From NCBI GenBank assembly GCA_000091205.1, contig AP006492.2: a stretch of 64,000 nucleotides of DNA; one strand, given 5' to 3'. This DNA is from Cyanidioschyzon merolae (lineage: Eukaryota). Position 1 is the stretch's first letter, and each line of letters starts with the position of its first letter. Positions 20,250-30,606 of the stretch are shown in pieces. A model generated the notes under the pieces. The model was not told where the DNA came from. It saw nothing but the letters and a program-made list of their open reading frames with translations, and ran no database searches. The position numbers were made by a program, and so were the translations under genes.

Positions 20250-21818
20250 ATGAATGAACCTCCAACGTTTGGATCAGCGTCAGCGCTGACGGATCCGCGA
20301 AGTCAAAACGGGGTACCTGAGCGTGCTGACGCTTTTCCTGGGCGCTACGAACAGCGTGTCCCGTTTACGGTGCGATGCGTGCGTACCGGTAGCGAGCGCA
20401 CGCAGGTTCCGCTGCGTGTTCAGCTGCGTGCAGACGGCGCTGATCAGGAGGCTGGGGATGATGATGCATCTGCACCTCCTTGGGAGTCCTCGGAGCGGTA
20501 TGCTCGTGGAATGGGTGTGTCTGCGGCCTCAGCGAGCGAACTGTCGACTGGCCGACGCGTCGCGCACGTCGGACCGCTGGCGCTGCGAACTTTGCGACTG
20601 CGTATCACTGACCCCGCAGACCCGATCTTTCTATACGAGTGGCGCATGACAGAGGAAGAGTATCCACGGTTCAAGGCAGACCAGTGTCTCTTTGTTGATT
20701 TTGGCCGCTTTCCGCGAACACTGGTGGACCTCTTCGAACAGTGTCGTCGGGAGGGAAGCGGTTTTCACGCCTTGCTCCGCCTGGAAGACGGGGCAGCACG
20801 ACTTTCGGTCTTCGAAACGACAGCGTTCCGAAACTTGCCGCACTTGGCATTGGAATTGCAGGCAGCGAGCGGGGAACGGCTACAGCGCTACCTCGTCTCG
20901 AGTCTGCACAGCGCGGAACGGAGAGCTACCCGTTTGGAGGAGTCCATGGAGCAGATGCGCCGATCACTAGACGAGCGCACGGCTCGAGTCCAGGAGCTCA
21001 TGGGACAGGTGGCGCAACTCCAACAAGAGCGCTCTCAGGCAGCGGAGGCAGCACGGGCCCAGCATCAGGCCGAGCTCGCCGAGGTCCGCGAGCAAGCCCT
21101 CAAAGAGGCGCTCCAGAGACAGGAGCAGTGGCAGCAGGAGCGTCGTGCACTCGAAGAACGATATCGGGAGGAGATAGCCACGCTCTCGGAGCGAATACGA
21201 CAGAACGAAACGGACATGCAGCGGCTCACCGACGAACGATACGCCCGTGAGCAACAGATTCGGCAGCTCGAGCTACGCCTGAGCGCCCAGCAGAGCGAGC
21301 ACGAAACCATGCGGTCGGAGCTGGACAGAGTGCGCCAGGATCTTCGGGAGCGCGCCCGTGCGGTGCACGAGCTTGAGCGACAACTGGACGCAGTGAACGC
21401 CCAGATCCAGGGACTGGAGCGGGCCCTGCAAGACAAAGACGCCTGGATAGAACGCATGCGCCAGATGCTAGAGCTTGCGAACGCTCAAAAGAGCACACTG
21501 GAAGAGACAATTTTAGCCCATCGGGAGGCTCGGGCACGCCTCGAACGACAGCTCGAGGCAGCAGCTGCCGAAATAGAGCGCGGCAATAGTCTCCTGGAGC
21601 GATTACAGTCAGCGCTCCGCGAGGCCAAGACGAAGGCGCGACTCAAGGCTGCGGTTGCGGAGCAGCAGGAGGCGCTGCTGCGAGAGCGCCAGCGCGAGAT
21701 CGACGCTCTGAGAGAGCAGCTCACCGCGCTGACGACGCACACACGACCATGGCGTGCCCCTGGGGCTCCCCCGGAGCCGACCTCGGCATCAGCAAGCTCA
21801 GAAATTTCCGCCCCCTGA
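20250..21818 (+). CDS. SAS6: SAS-6 centriole cartwheel protein homolog (N-terminal head/PISA domain + long coiled coil)
   Basis: 'LRLRITDPADPIFLYEWRMTEEEYPRFKADQCLFVDFGRFPRTLVDLFEQC' matches the conserved SAS-6 PISA region (DPFFLY..EEDFQ.LK..QGLLVDF..FP...I.LL..C); followed by ~350 aa of heptad coiled coil. ORF-track start 19995 is GTG inside repeat R4; first post-repeat ATG 20250 used (20031 alternative). Confidence 0.7.
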   Translation: MNEPPTFGSASALTDPRSQNGVPERADAFPGRYEQRVPFTVRCVRTGSERTQVPLRVQLRADGADQEAGDDDASAPPWESSERYARGMGVSAASASELSTGRRVAHVGPLALRTLRLRITDPADPIFLYEWRMTEEEYPRFKADQCLFVDFGRFPRTLVDLFEQCRREGSGFHALLRLEDGAARLSVFETTAFRNLPHLALELQAASGERLQRYLVSSLHSAERRATRLEESMEQMRRSLDERTARVQELMGQVAQLQQERSQAAEAARAQHQAELAEVREQALKEALQRQEQWQQERRALEERYREEIATLSERIRQNETDMQRLTDERYAREQQIRQLELRLSAQQSEHETMRSELDRVRQDLRERARAVHELERQLDAVNAQIQGLERALQDKDAWIERMRQMLELANAQKSTLEETILAHREARARLERQLEAAAAEIERGNSLLERLQSALREAKTKARLKAAVAEQQEALLRERQREIDALREQLTALTTHTRPWRAPGAPPEPTSASASSEISAP

Positions 21819-21957
21819 TCGTCACCGACCAGACTCGCTGGAGCGAGTCTGCCCAGACAGCTGACCGCCAAGTCGCCAACACAGCAACGGCGTCTGCGCG
21901 GTCCCGCTCCAGACCAGGACATATGAGGTACTCGTTGCGGCCTTGTCTTGGCGACAC

Positions 21958-23187
21958 TCATTGAAAAGGCGGCTCCAGTGGTGTGGATCTCGGGCCGGTC
22001 TCTGCTTTTGGACGTCGACGCTTCCCCGTTGCCGGCCACTGATGATGTTTGTAATGGCGGTAGCTTCCTTGTTGTTGTTGTTGTTGTTGTTGTTGTTGAA
22101 GCGCCTCGGCGGCATGCCTGCCGTCGCTCGATGTGTGGCGAGGCTTGCGAATCAGCGGGCCGGATGATGGCGACGGCTCTTTGCGCATTGCCTCCGCTTG
22201 CTGATGCTTTCCAACGGCGTGCGGTGGCGGAGCTCGGCTTGCTCCTGCCAGCTGACGCGATGTCGTCTCCTGCGCTGTATCAGCGACAATCTCGACAGCG
22301 CATTCGGCAAGCGTTGCTCCGGATGGCGCCCCGAGCGCCCGGGCTGACGCTGGGAGTCGCTGCCAGGCGGCGGCATCGGCCGCGCGACGCTGCGCTCTGC
22401 AGAGCCGCGCAAAATAGTCCGCGCGGAAACGATCAAGCGCAGACGCCAAGGTTGGTGCGTCGATATGACACTCACGTAGCCATTGCGCAATATCCTCGCC
22501 GGCACGCAAACGACACAGGCACATGGCCACACAAAGCGCAGCAGCGGCTAACTCCTCCTTCGGATACAGACACGCGCAGACTGTGCGGTGAGCTTCGTTT
22601 AGAAACGAGCACGCAACCTGCAGCATTGTTCGCACGCTCGTCTCAGACCAGGGCACAGTATCGCCGTTTCGGGCGCGAATGAGCTTTTCCAACAAAGCCC
22701 ACTGATGAAACATTGTTCGGTGGACGCTTTCGCCCACATCTAAATCCCAGTTCAGGGTTTGTAGCACATCTCGCTCCGCTTGGGCAATACGCTCACGGCA
22801 GCGGACGTAGAGGTCTTGATGGAGCTGCTCGTCGAGCAGCAGGCACCCGCCTGTGCGGAGGGCGTAGCTCTGGCGAACGAGATCTCGCATGCGAACCACA
22901 TTCTCAGTTGCTTTACAGGCAATCGAAACACAAGCGGTTGCGATATCGAGCTCATCAAACGTCGCATCAAAGCGCTCGAGCAGGAAGAAGCGATGAAAGA
23001 GCAGGCGCGCTGCGATCAGTGTCGTTATCGGTAGCCGCAGACTCGCACGAAGCCGCTCACCTACACCACTACGCTCTGCGCGGTGCGATCCAGCAGCCGT
23101 TTCAGCGTCGAGCGTCGTTGTCGACGGCGACGACGACGTTGTCACCGGTTCACCTATTCTCTGACACAGACGGTCCATGAACGCCAT
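21958..23187 (-). CDS. Cyclin, transcription-type (cyclin L/K/T/C family) with C-terminal polyQ tract
   Basis: Cyclin box 'IAARLLFHRFFLLERFDATFDELDIATACVSIACKATEN..DVLQTLNWDLDV'. ATG 'MAFMDRL' verified at 23187 (ORF-track start 23364 lies upstream). (CAA)n polyQ encoded at ~22060-22095. Confidence 0.65.
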   Translation of the reverse strand: MAFMDRLCQRIGEPVTTSSSPSTTTLDAETAAGSHRAERSGVGERLRASLRLPITTLIAARLLFHRFFLLERFDATFDELDIATACVSIACKATENVVRMRDLVRQSYALRTGGCLLLDEQLHQDLYVRCRERIAQAERDVLQTLNWDLDVGESVHRTMFHQWALLEKLIRARNGDTVPWSETSVRTMLQVACSFLNEAHRTVCACLYPKEELAAAALCVAMCLCRLRAGEDIAQWLRECHIDAPTLASALDRFRADYFARLCRAQRRAADAAAWQRLPASARALGAPSGATLAECAVEIVADTAQETTSRQLAGASRAPPPHAVGKHQQAEAMRKEPSPSSGPLIRKPRHTSSDGRHAAEALQQQQQQQQQQGSYRHYKHHQWPATGKRRRPKAETGPRSTPLEPPFQ

Positions 23188-23794
23188 CACAAGGCGACGT
23201 CGTCGCTCGTCTTCGCGAAGGGCACCAGCATCAGGCGCCGTCGTCTCGGACGCACGCGTTGCCTTAGTTGCCGTCCCGCGAGAGACCGCCTCGCGTGCCG
23301 TAAACACCCACAGCGAGTCCAGCTGTCGCAGCGGCGGACGCTGACGCTGACCTGCAGCCGCCATGCCAGCTGCAGTGTCCGCGGATGCCGCAACCTCAAC
23401 CGCTCGGTGCCGGAGTTCCGAAACTGACCCCTCTCCGAGTCTTGTTTACGAGTCGTTCCAGGGCTCCCGCCAGTCGGTCGCTGCTGCGGAGCCTCGTCAA
23501 CGAGCGCTGGGTGCGCGGCCCCAGCGACTACGCACGAGACACCGCGAAACGCTGCACGCAACGAGTCAACCAGCTTCACTGCAGCCGCAAGCGCCTTGAG
23601 CCCTTGCTCACTGGTGATAAACCGGGCTTGACAAACGGAACACTCGTTGACGGGTACGCAACGCACACGCAGCAGCAGAGGCACACGCCTACCGCCGTTC
23701 CATCGCAGCGACACGGCGGCGTGCCGGGCGAGGCGGCGCCTTCGATCGACTGCCGCGCGATGCGTAGGCGCGCCGCCTCGCCCGGCACGCCGCT

Positions 23795-23995
23795 GAGAGT
23801 GTGTGTGCTTGTGTATCTGCGTCTGCGTCTGTGTGCTTGTGTATCTGTGTGTCTGTGTGCTTGTGTGTCTGTGTCTGTGTCTGTGAGTGTGTGTGCTTGT
23901 GTGTCTGTGTCTGCGTCTGTGTGCGTCTGCGTCTGTGTGTCTGTGTGCTTGTGTGTCTGTGTCTGTGTCTGTGTGTCTGTGTCGGGATACAGGAA
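23795..23995. repeat. Compound GT/CA-rich microsatellite (gtgtgtctgtgtgcttgtgt..)
   Basis: Read directly; intergenic between the cyclin start and the GAPDH 3' end. Produces spurious poly-HT/CV ORFs on both strands. Confidence 0.7.
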
Positions 23996-24539
23996 GCGTC
24001 CAGCGAGTCGCTGCTGACTGCACGTGTTCCGCAAAGCCCAGAGCGTGCCAGTCTCGGACGATAACTGGACCGTATTGCGTCATCGGGATCGTGCTTTCGC
24101 CGCCTTACCGACGACGAGCTTCGCTTGCAATGAAGTACGCACCATCGAAGCATCCTTGAGGCAGCATGCGCTGGATGCGCGCTACCATCAGGGTAGCATC
24201 CATCGCTGCCCTCTCTTTCACCGTCTCACTCTACATCAGAAGACGTTCGACGCGCCTCAGACCCGCCTTGATATCGGGATCGGGTGCTCGGTGCGTCACG
24301 CGCTGCTCAAGGTGCCACGGGGCATCTGGCAGGTGCTTGCGATACCACCAGGGCTGGTGGTGTGAAACCGGAGCCCGCCCGGAGCAAATGCACCCGCGTC
24401 GGATGATCGGATGCAGATGCGTGGTGTCCGCTGGAGAGTATTTTCGGTTCTTCCGGTCGCTTTACCTGGGATGAACATTCGGATACGCGTCTGTGCTGCT
24501 CGTTCGATCGAGTCCGTTTACCACTTGCTTGCTCCGTGT

Positions 24540-25751
24540 CTAGAAATGCTGCGCTATGTAGTTGGCCAAGTCCACAACCCGTTGACTGTAGCCATACTCG
24601 TTGTCGTACCAGGCTACCACTTTGACGAGCGTATCACCCATCACCGTCGTCAGCGCTGCATCCACAATGCTTGAGTTGACGTTCATCCGATAATCCGATG
24701 AGACGAGCGGCTCATCGCTCACCGCCAGGATACCCTTCATTGGCCCTTCCGCTGCTCGTACGAAAGCTGCATTCACTTCCTCCTTGAACGTTGGTTTCTT
24801 CACCGTGCAGACAAAGTCGACGATAGAAACGTTCGGGGTCGGCACTCGCAGGGCAATGCCGGTGAGCTTGCCCTTCACTGGTGGATACACCAGCGCAACC
24901 GCCTGCGCGGCACCCGTCGAGGTCGGCACGATGTTCAACGCGGCCGCACGGGCGCGACGCAGGTCGCGATGCGATGCATCCAGCAGACGCTGGTCCCCGG
25001 TATACGAATGCGTCGTGGTCATCATGCCGGAAACGATGCCGAATTCCTCGTCGAGCACCTTCACGAACGGTGCCATGCCGTTGGTGGTGCACGACGCGTT
25101 GCTCACCACATGGTCGGTGGCGTGGTTATACTGGGTGTTGTTCAGACCCATGACAAAGGTCGGGACGCCTTCGCCTTTCGCTGGCGCTGTGATGACCACC
25201 TTTTTGGCACCCGCTTCGATGTGCTTGCCTGCCCCGTCCCTTGAGATAAAGACACCCGTTGCCTCGATGACGATGTCGACGTTGAGGTCCCTCCAAGGCA
25301 GCTGGGTCGGATCGCGGTTGCTGACAACGGTAACCGGCTTCCCGTCAATGAGCATGGTACTCTCCCCGCTAACCTTCACGTCAAACGGTGCAATTCCCAG
25401 AATAGAGTCGTACTTCAGCAGATGAGCGGCAGTTTTGATGCCAGCCGTATCGTTGATCCCCACCAGCTCCAGGTTCGCGTTCGGGGTCGCTTGCAGGCAG
25501 CGCACAAAGTTGCGTCCGATGCGACCGAACCCGGAAACCGCTACCCGCACCTTCATCACAAGATTCGAGTGCGCAGCACGTTGCCGGCTCCGCGTCAGCG
25601 GCACACCTAAGCTTCGCGTACGTGCAGTGAAGGCACCAGGCTGGTCACCAGCCTGCAGCCGGGGTCCGACGGCCTCGCGGCTCGTAGCGCGCACCGCCGT
25701 GCCGCGAAAACCACCAACTGGAGCTACGAAAGCAGCACACGTAAACACCAT
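24540..25751 (-). CDS. GAPA: Glyceraldehyde-3-phosphate dehydrogenase, GapA/Gap2 (plastid, NADP-dependent) type, with N-terminal transit-like peptide
   Basis: '[19 protein letters not shown]', '[12 protein letters not shown]', and the GapA-specific '[39 protein letters not shown]'. ~65-aa Arg/Ala/Ser/Thr-rich presequence. First ATG 'MVFTC' verified at 25751 (ORF-track start 25781 is TTG). Confidence 0.85.
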   Translation of the reverse strand: MVFTCAAFVAPVGGFRGTAVRATSREAVGPRLQAGDQPGAFTARTRSLGVPLTRSRQRAAHSNLVMKVRVAVSGFGRIGRNFVRCLQATPNANLELVGINDTAGIKTAAHLLKYDSILGIAPFDVKVSGESTMLIDGKPVTVVSNRDPTQLPWRDLNVDIVIEATGVFISRDGAGKHIEAGAKKVVITAPAKGEGVPTFVMGLNNTQYNHATDHVVSNASCTTNGMAPFVKVLDEEFGIVSGMMTTTHSYTGDQRLLDASHRDLRRARAAALNIVPTSTGAAQAVALVYPPVKGKLTGIALRVPTPNVSIVDFVCTVKKPTFKEEVNAAFVRAAEGPMKGILAVSDEPLVSSDYRMNVNSSIVDAALTTVMGDTLVKVVAWYDNEYGYSQRVVDLANYIAQHF

Positions 25752-25914
25752 TCTCCAAAAAGAGAGCGTTTTTCTTGTCAATTCACTGGTTACAACGACC
25801 GCAGAAGACCTAAAGGCGCCGACGTCGTCCTACAATGAGACAGCGAACGCGATAACACGTACGAGTTTGCGAATGCAGCAGCCGCGAGCGCAGCGCCCAG
25901 TCTCGCCGCGTCGC

Positions 25915-26060
25915 CAGAAGATCAGCTGGTGGACGAAGCCGCTGCTGCTGCGGCTCCTGCGGCTGCTGCGGCTGCTGCTGCGGCTGCCGCGGCTGCGGTC
26001 TATCGCGTCGACGTCGATGTCGCCGCCGCCGCCGCCGCCGCCGCCGCGAGGCATCGACGA
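25915..26060. repeat. GCN/CCG trinucleotide repeat (gctgctgcggct..gccgccgccgccgcc) in divergent intergenic region between GAPDH(-) and the J-protein(+)
   Basis: Read directly. Confidence 0.6.
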
Positions 26061-26307
26061 CGCCCACGAACGCATCGAGGCGCAGCGCGAATCGTATCGG
26101 GTATAAAATGTATAACTAGGTTTTATATGGAACATGTTTGTATACAATTATATTAAAATGAATATATGGACATAGATCGGGCGAGCTGGCACTTTCCGCA
26201 TCCCAGGTCTGCTCAGTACCTGCGTGGCATTGACGACAGGTCTGGATGGCTGGGTTCGGTCGGTGCGAGACCATCGCGGGTTACACGTTGTCGCTCCGTC
26301 AGCTTCC

Positions 26308-27858
26308 ATGTTTCTATCACTAGCAGACATTCGAAGGTGTTCTCTGCGCGACCGTCGGTGGTCGGGGCGGCGGCGCGCGCAACCCAGGTCAGTGTGCTGG
26401 CAGTGTGCGCAGCGCAACGCGAGCACGCGTCGCCAAGGCGTTGCACGCGAGGACCTGTACCGAGTTCTGGGGGCAACGCGGGACTCGAGCCCGGCGGAGA
26501 TCCGGCGCGCGTTCCTTGAACAGAGCCAGCGGTGGCATCCTGATCGCAACCCGGGTGACGAGCGCGCGAGCGAGCGTTTTGAGGCTGTCAAAACCGCTTA
26601 CCAGGTGCTCCGCGATGCAACCCTCCGAGCAGCGTACGACGAAGCCGGATTTGCCGGCCTGGACGCTGTTATCTCGGTTGAGTCTCGACACGAGCGAATG
26701 AAAGACGCTTTAAAGGAGGTGCAGCAGCTCGAACGTGATAACGCGAGCACTGAAGAACTCGCGTTCTGGGGACTCGACGGCAGCAACCTGGCCCTACTCG
26801 AAGGCGCCGAGCCCGTAGTACCCTCGGACGGGGGCGCATCCAGCGCTGTGGACCAACCGACCGACGCTCGGCCGCGTTCTGTTGCCGAAGCAATAGCGAA
26901 TTTGAATCATCCCGATGAGGGCTATCGCTACTATGCCGTCTGGTGGTTGTCGCGGTTTCGTGTTCGAGAGGCAGCCGATGCCCTCGTGGCGGTGTTACGT
27001 CATTCCACGGACCGAACGGCGCTTGGCGGGTACCCGCTCCGACGACGCGCTGCCTTGGCGCTCGGCAACCTTGGTGCATTAGAGGCGTTAACATTCCTTC
27101 AGGAGGCGCTCGGCAATGACGAGGACTGGCATCTGCGCCACAGAGCCGCTGAGGCTATCGCCAAAATTCTCATGCAGCAACCGAGCTACATGCCGAACTC
27201 CCAGTTGACAGAAGCGCTCCTGTCTCGACTGGAAACGTTTCAGAGCGAGGCGCACAACGAAACCGAATCGGTGACGCTGCCACCAGGCTTCGACCTCTCG
27301 ACGCTGGACGAGGCGAAGCGAGCGCGTCTGCTCGAGATCTTTGCTAAGCGACGCGCCGATGAGGCGCGAGCTCGTCGCAGCACCCAGACACCAACACTGG
27401 GTGTCGATCTCCAATCAGCGATGATGCAGGAACCGTACGAATGGCTCCTGAAAGCACTTGGATACGTAGCTGGACGCATGCGCTCGGATCCGGCCGTCTG
27501 GGCGCGTTACGAAGACCGTTTCGTCTCAGCGATGCGACCCCTGACGAAACATCCAGTGCCGCTCGTACAGTACGCAGCGCACAAGGCCATGTACCAAGCG
27601 ACCGGCAAAGTGGAACATTTGCATGCACTTCATGGTGCTCTCGAATTCGGTGCCGAACATCACTTTTCCCAGCGCGTCCTCGTACGAGATCTCGGAGAGC
27701 TCGGGCAGCTTGAGTCGGCATCGGCCATTGCGAACTGTGCGATGGTCGAAAATAGCTTCAAAGTTTTCGCCATTCGCCAGATCATTCAGCGTTGCAACTT
27801 GGAGCTCACGCACTCGGCCCTCGACCCGCTCTTTCACCTCTTGGACGACCTGCTCTAA
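26308..27858 (+). CDS. J-domain (DnaJ) protein with C-terminal PBS-lyase/E-Z-type HEAT repeats; probably organellar
   Basis: J domain 'DLYRVLGATRDSSPAEIRRAFLEQSQRWHPDRNPGDERASERFEAVKTAYQVLRD' (HPD motif). HEAT-like 'YRYYAVWWLSRF..EAADALVAVL..RRRAALALGNLGALEALTFL..WHLRHRAAEAIAKI'. ORF-track start 26224 is GTG; first ATG 26308. Confidence 0.7.
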   Translation: MFLSLADIRRCSLRDRRWSGRRRAQPRSVCWQCAQRNASTRRQGVAREDLYRVLGATRDSSPAEIRRAFLEQSQRWHPDRNPGDERASERFEAVKTAYQVLRDATLRAAYDEAGFAGLDAVISVESRHERMKDALKEVQQLERDNASTEELAFWGLDGSNLALLEGAEPVVPSDGGASSAVDQPTDARPRSVAEAIANLNHPDEGYRYYAVWWLSRFRVREAADALVAVLRHSTDRTALGGYPLRRRAALALGNLGALEALTFLQEALGNDEDWHLRHRAAEAIAKILMQQPSYMPNSQLTEALLSRLETFQSEAHNETESVTLPPGFDLSTLDEAKRARLLEIFAKRRADEARARRSTQTPTLGVDLQSAMMQEPYEWLLKALGYVAGRMRSDPAVWARYEDRFVSAMRPLTKHPVPLVQYAAHKAMYQATGKVEHLHALHGALEFGAEHHFSQRVLVRDLGELGQLESASAIANCAMVENSFKVFAIRQIIQRCNLELTHSALDPLFHLLDDLL

Positions 27859-28248
27859 TGCCTAGGAGCATCTATGATGCACGTGTCTAACGACGTTCAC
27901 GAGCGGGAGCAGTTTTATTTTGACACGATTTCGATGGACGCGGAGGCACAGATGAGTAGACCGCTCACACGTAGTCTGCCTCCGTTCGTACAGGCGACTT
28001 TTGTGTGTGTGCGTGTCTGTCGCTGATGCACCTCTTGGCGGCAGCAGCAGGATTCGTTCATTACTTCGTTCGTCGGGGATGGCATCGGCAACATCTGCCA
28101 ACGCACGCACCATTCCACCACCCGCACTTCCATCCGATTTAAATGATCCGAAACCACAAATTCCCGTCCCGATCGGCAAGGGAGTATCGAAGGAGTAGCG
28201 TCGACGCGTGAGCACGTCCCAGCAGGCACGGCGGGCTATGCGCTCACT

Positions 28249-29019
28249 TCAGGTATCGGCAGCGTGGACGCAGCGCGCCGTGCTGGAGGCTGGGGATGAT
28301 GTTGCCTCATTGAACTGAGCAAGTGCGCGCTGCGCTCGAGCTCGTACCACCACATCTGCATCCTGGTTTGCAATGTGAGCCAAAATATTGGTTATTTCTG
28401 GCTTTTCGATAAACTTGCGATGCAGTAAATGCGATAGCGACCAAACCAACGCATAACGTATTGTCCAGTCGGGGTCACCCACGAGCGACGACAGCGATGC
28501 GACTGCATCCTCACAACGCGCTCTCCCGTTTGCCGACTCTTCGTATTTCAGCTGAGCGAGGCAGCGCACCGCAGCACGCCGTACGTTAGGAATGGGTCCA
28601 CGAAGCGCACACTGCTTTGCAACCGTGAAGACCGCGTCTGCGTCGCCTATTGCACCCAGTGCTCGCAGCGCGTACGCGTTAACGGCATAGTTCAGAGCGC
28701 CAACGCCCTGTAGCAGTACCGGGACGGCGCCCTTTCCATAAAGTCGCACGAGAAGATCCAGCGCTATTCGCGCTGCAACCGGATTATTGTAGCCGAGCGA
28801 GTCCACAAGAAAAGGAATGAGCGTATCCGGCGGTCTGGTGCCTCTGTCATTGGCAGACTGCTGCTGTTGCCAAAGCCAGTCGGCTATGCGTTCCATAGCG
28901 TCGATGAATGCAGCTGGTGAGTCAGGACCGCGAACAATCATCTGGACCAAGGGTTTGATCTGATCCGGAAGCTGTTGCTCATCAATGTCGTACGCAAGGC
29001 CCCCATTGACACCAGACAT
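28249..29019 (-). CDS. HEAT-repeat (PBS-lyase HEAT-like) protein; ORF could extend to 29442
   Basis: 'VAARIALDLLVRLYGKGAVPVLLQGVGALNYAVNAYALRALGAIGDADAV..NVRRAAVRCLAQL..DWTIRYALVWSLSHL' repeated HEAT_PBS-like units. ATG 'MSGVNGG' verified at 29019. Confidence 0.5.
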   Translation of the reverse strand: MSGVNGGLAYDIDEQQLPDQIKPLVQMIVRGPDSPAAFIDAMERIADWLWQQQQSANDRGTRPPDTLIPFLVDSLGYNNPVAARIALDLLVRLYGKGAVPVLLQGVGALNYAVNAYALRALGAIGDADAVFTVAKQCALRGPIPNVRRAAVRCLAQLKYEESANGRARCEDAVASLSSLVGDPDWTIRYALVWSLSHLLHRKFIEKPEITNILAHIANQDADVVVRARAQRALAQFNEATSSPASSTARCVHAADT

Positions 29020-30606
29020 TCGTGGTTCGGTGCGTGCTGGGCCTTGGAGCCGCTGCGCAGGGCGATAGCGCCGGCTTGCAACTGCCCATGTGCGAGCGGT
29101 TGGAGCGCTCAGACACCTCGGTGCACGGGCAGCCGCTGCTGAGCGTCTCCATCGCTGTACACAGTGCGCTGTCCAGGTCGTGAACATGAGGCGTCTGTGA
29201 CACTCTGGAAACCCAGAGTACGTGCTCGTGCTCCGGCACGAACGAGTGTCGACACAGCACCGTTTGTGCGTCGCCTCAGCGGCAACGAACTTGCTGCGCT
29301 CGCGTGCTTTGAGAAGAGAAACTGGATTAATATGTACATTTATGGACTCGGTACATCGAGGGAATTTTGTTTGATCGCTGGTAAGTGCTGCTGTAGTGCG
29401 GCGGCAGCAGCGCCTTCTGCCCCGCCTTCGAATCGGCGACATAGCAAACTTGTGTCGCCTGCTTCGGTATCCAACGCTGCACGTGATCTGAGCTTGGCGG
29501 GAAAAGCTGTGAGCAAAAGCATCCAGTCACTACGTTCGAACTCGCGATAGATCGAGCGAGTCGAAGCAAACAATCTGCTGTCGTGGAGGACTTGGAGGCG
29601 TTGCACGCTCACCACGCATCCCATCGGCACGGCAATGGCGTTCGCAACGACGCTTCCGACGCTGCTGCTACTGCTACTGGCACATGCGCTCAGCTCGGCA
29701 TCCGGAGAACCGCTCGAACGAAGCGTGATACCGCATTGCAGGTCTGGTCTGTAATCCATGAAACGGATGACATCTAGGTCTGGTGAGCGGTCTCGTTCCT
29801 GACTGCCGACAACAGTCCCGCATCCGATGGACATACAGAACGCCTCATCGCTTCCGTACCCGCGATGACGACAACAGCAACAACAAATGGCGTTCGCCAC
29901 GCGTGGCGGAGCGATGCCCTGCACCATCCGCGAGTGCGTTCGTGACTCGCGGGCGCCAAAAGAGGTACACTTGGCAGGGCGCGCCAAGCGCACGCTCGCT
30001 GTATCATACCGTACTCTAAACGGGAATTCAGGTCGGGAGCGTTCTGGATGGGGAAGCGCATGTCGTGGATTTGCGGTATCCTGTCCGGCGACCCACAGCT
30101 GTTGTGCTCCCGGATACCTGATGTGCGATGCTGCAACGCGATGTACTTGAGAACTGGGTGTGCGGCCAAGGCATGGGACCCCTAACCTGTGTCCTATAAA
30201 TACAGGAATATACAGCTTCCAACTAAGGTCTTTGGCGGGTCGCACCCCGCGGTGCACCACTGCTGCACTAGCGCTGCTTTAACGTGCTCGGTACTAGTCC
30301 GTGCTCAGTGTGGACGTTTCGCTGCTCGGTGCGGCCTTGTTCTGGGTACAGAACGTATGGTTGTACGGAGTCGTTGCGTGCAGCACGAAAGCCGAATCTG
30401 GTGCTCGCCACTGCGGTTCAGAACGTGCGCTAGAGTGTCGCGAGGTGTTCGCCGCGACCCCGCAGAGCCACCATTCGAGCGCAGTGTCGCACCAGGGGAG
30501 CGACCAAGGCGCCTTAACGTTGTAAGAAGCAGTGCGCGGGAATATTGGACCTGCTGCTGCGCAGCACGAAGGAACCAGGGACGAACGCGAACTGCCCGGT
30601 AGTCAC

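Noticed and set aside
23187-24083. 298-aa minus-strand ORF rich in HRHTDTDTQ repeats
   Set aside because: Translation of the GT/CA microsatellite; spurious.
25751-25781. GAPDH presequence read from the ORF-track start ('[17 protein letters not shown]|VAP') resembles a signal peptide with an ASAFAP-like cleavage motif (bipartite targeting to a secondary plastid)
   Set aside because: Codon at 25781 is TTG, not ATG; first ATG is 25751. That leaves only 'MVFTCAA' before the motif, too short for a signal peptide. Treated as a plain transit peptide.
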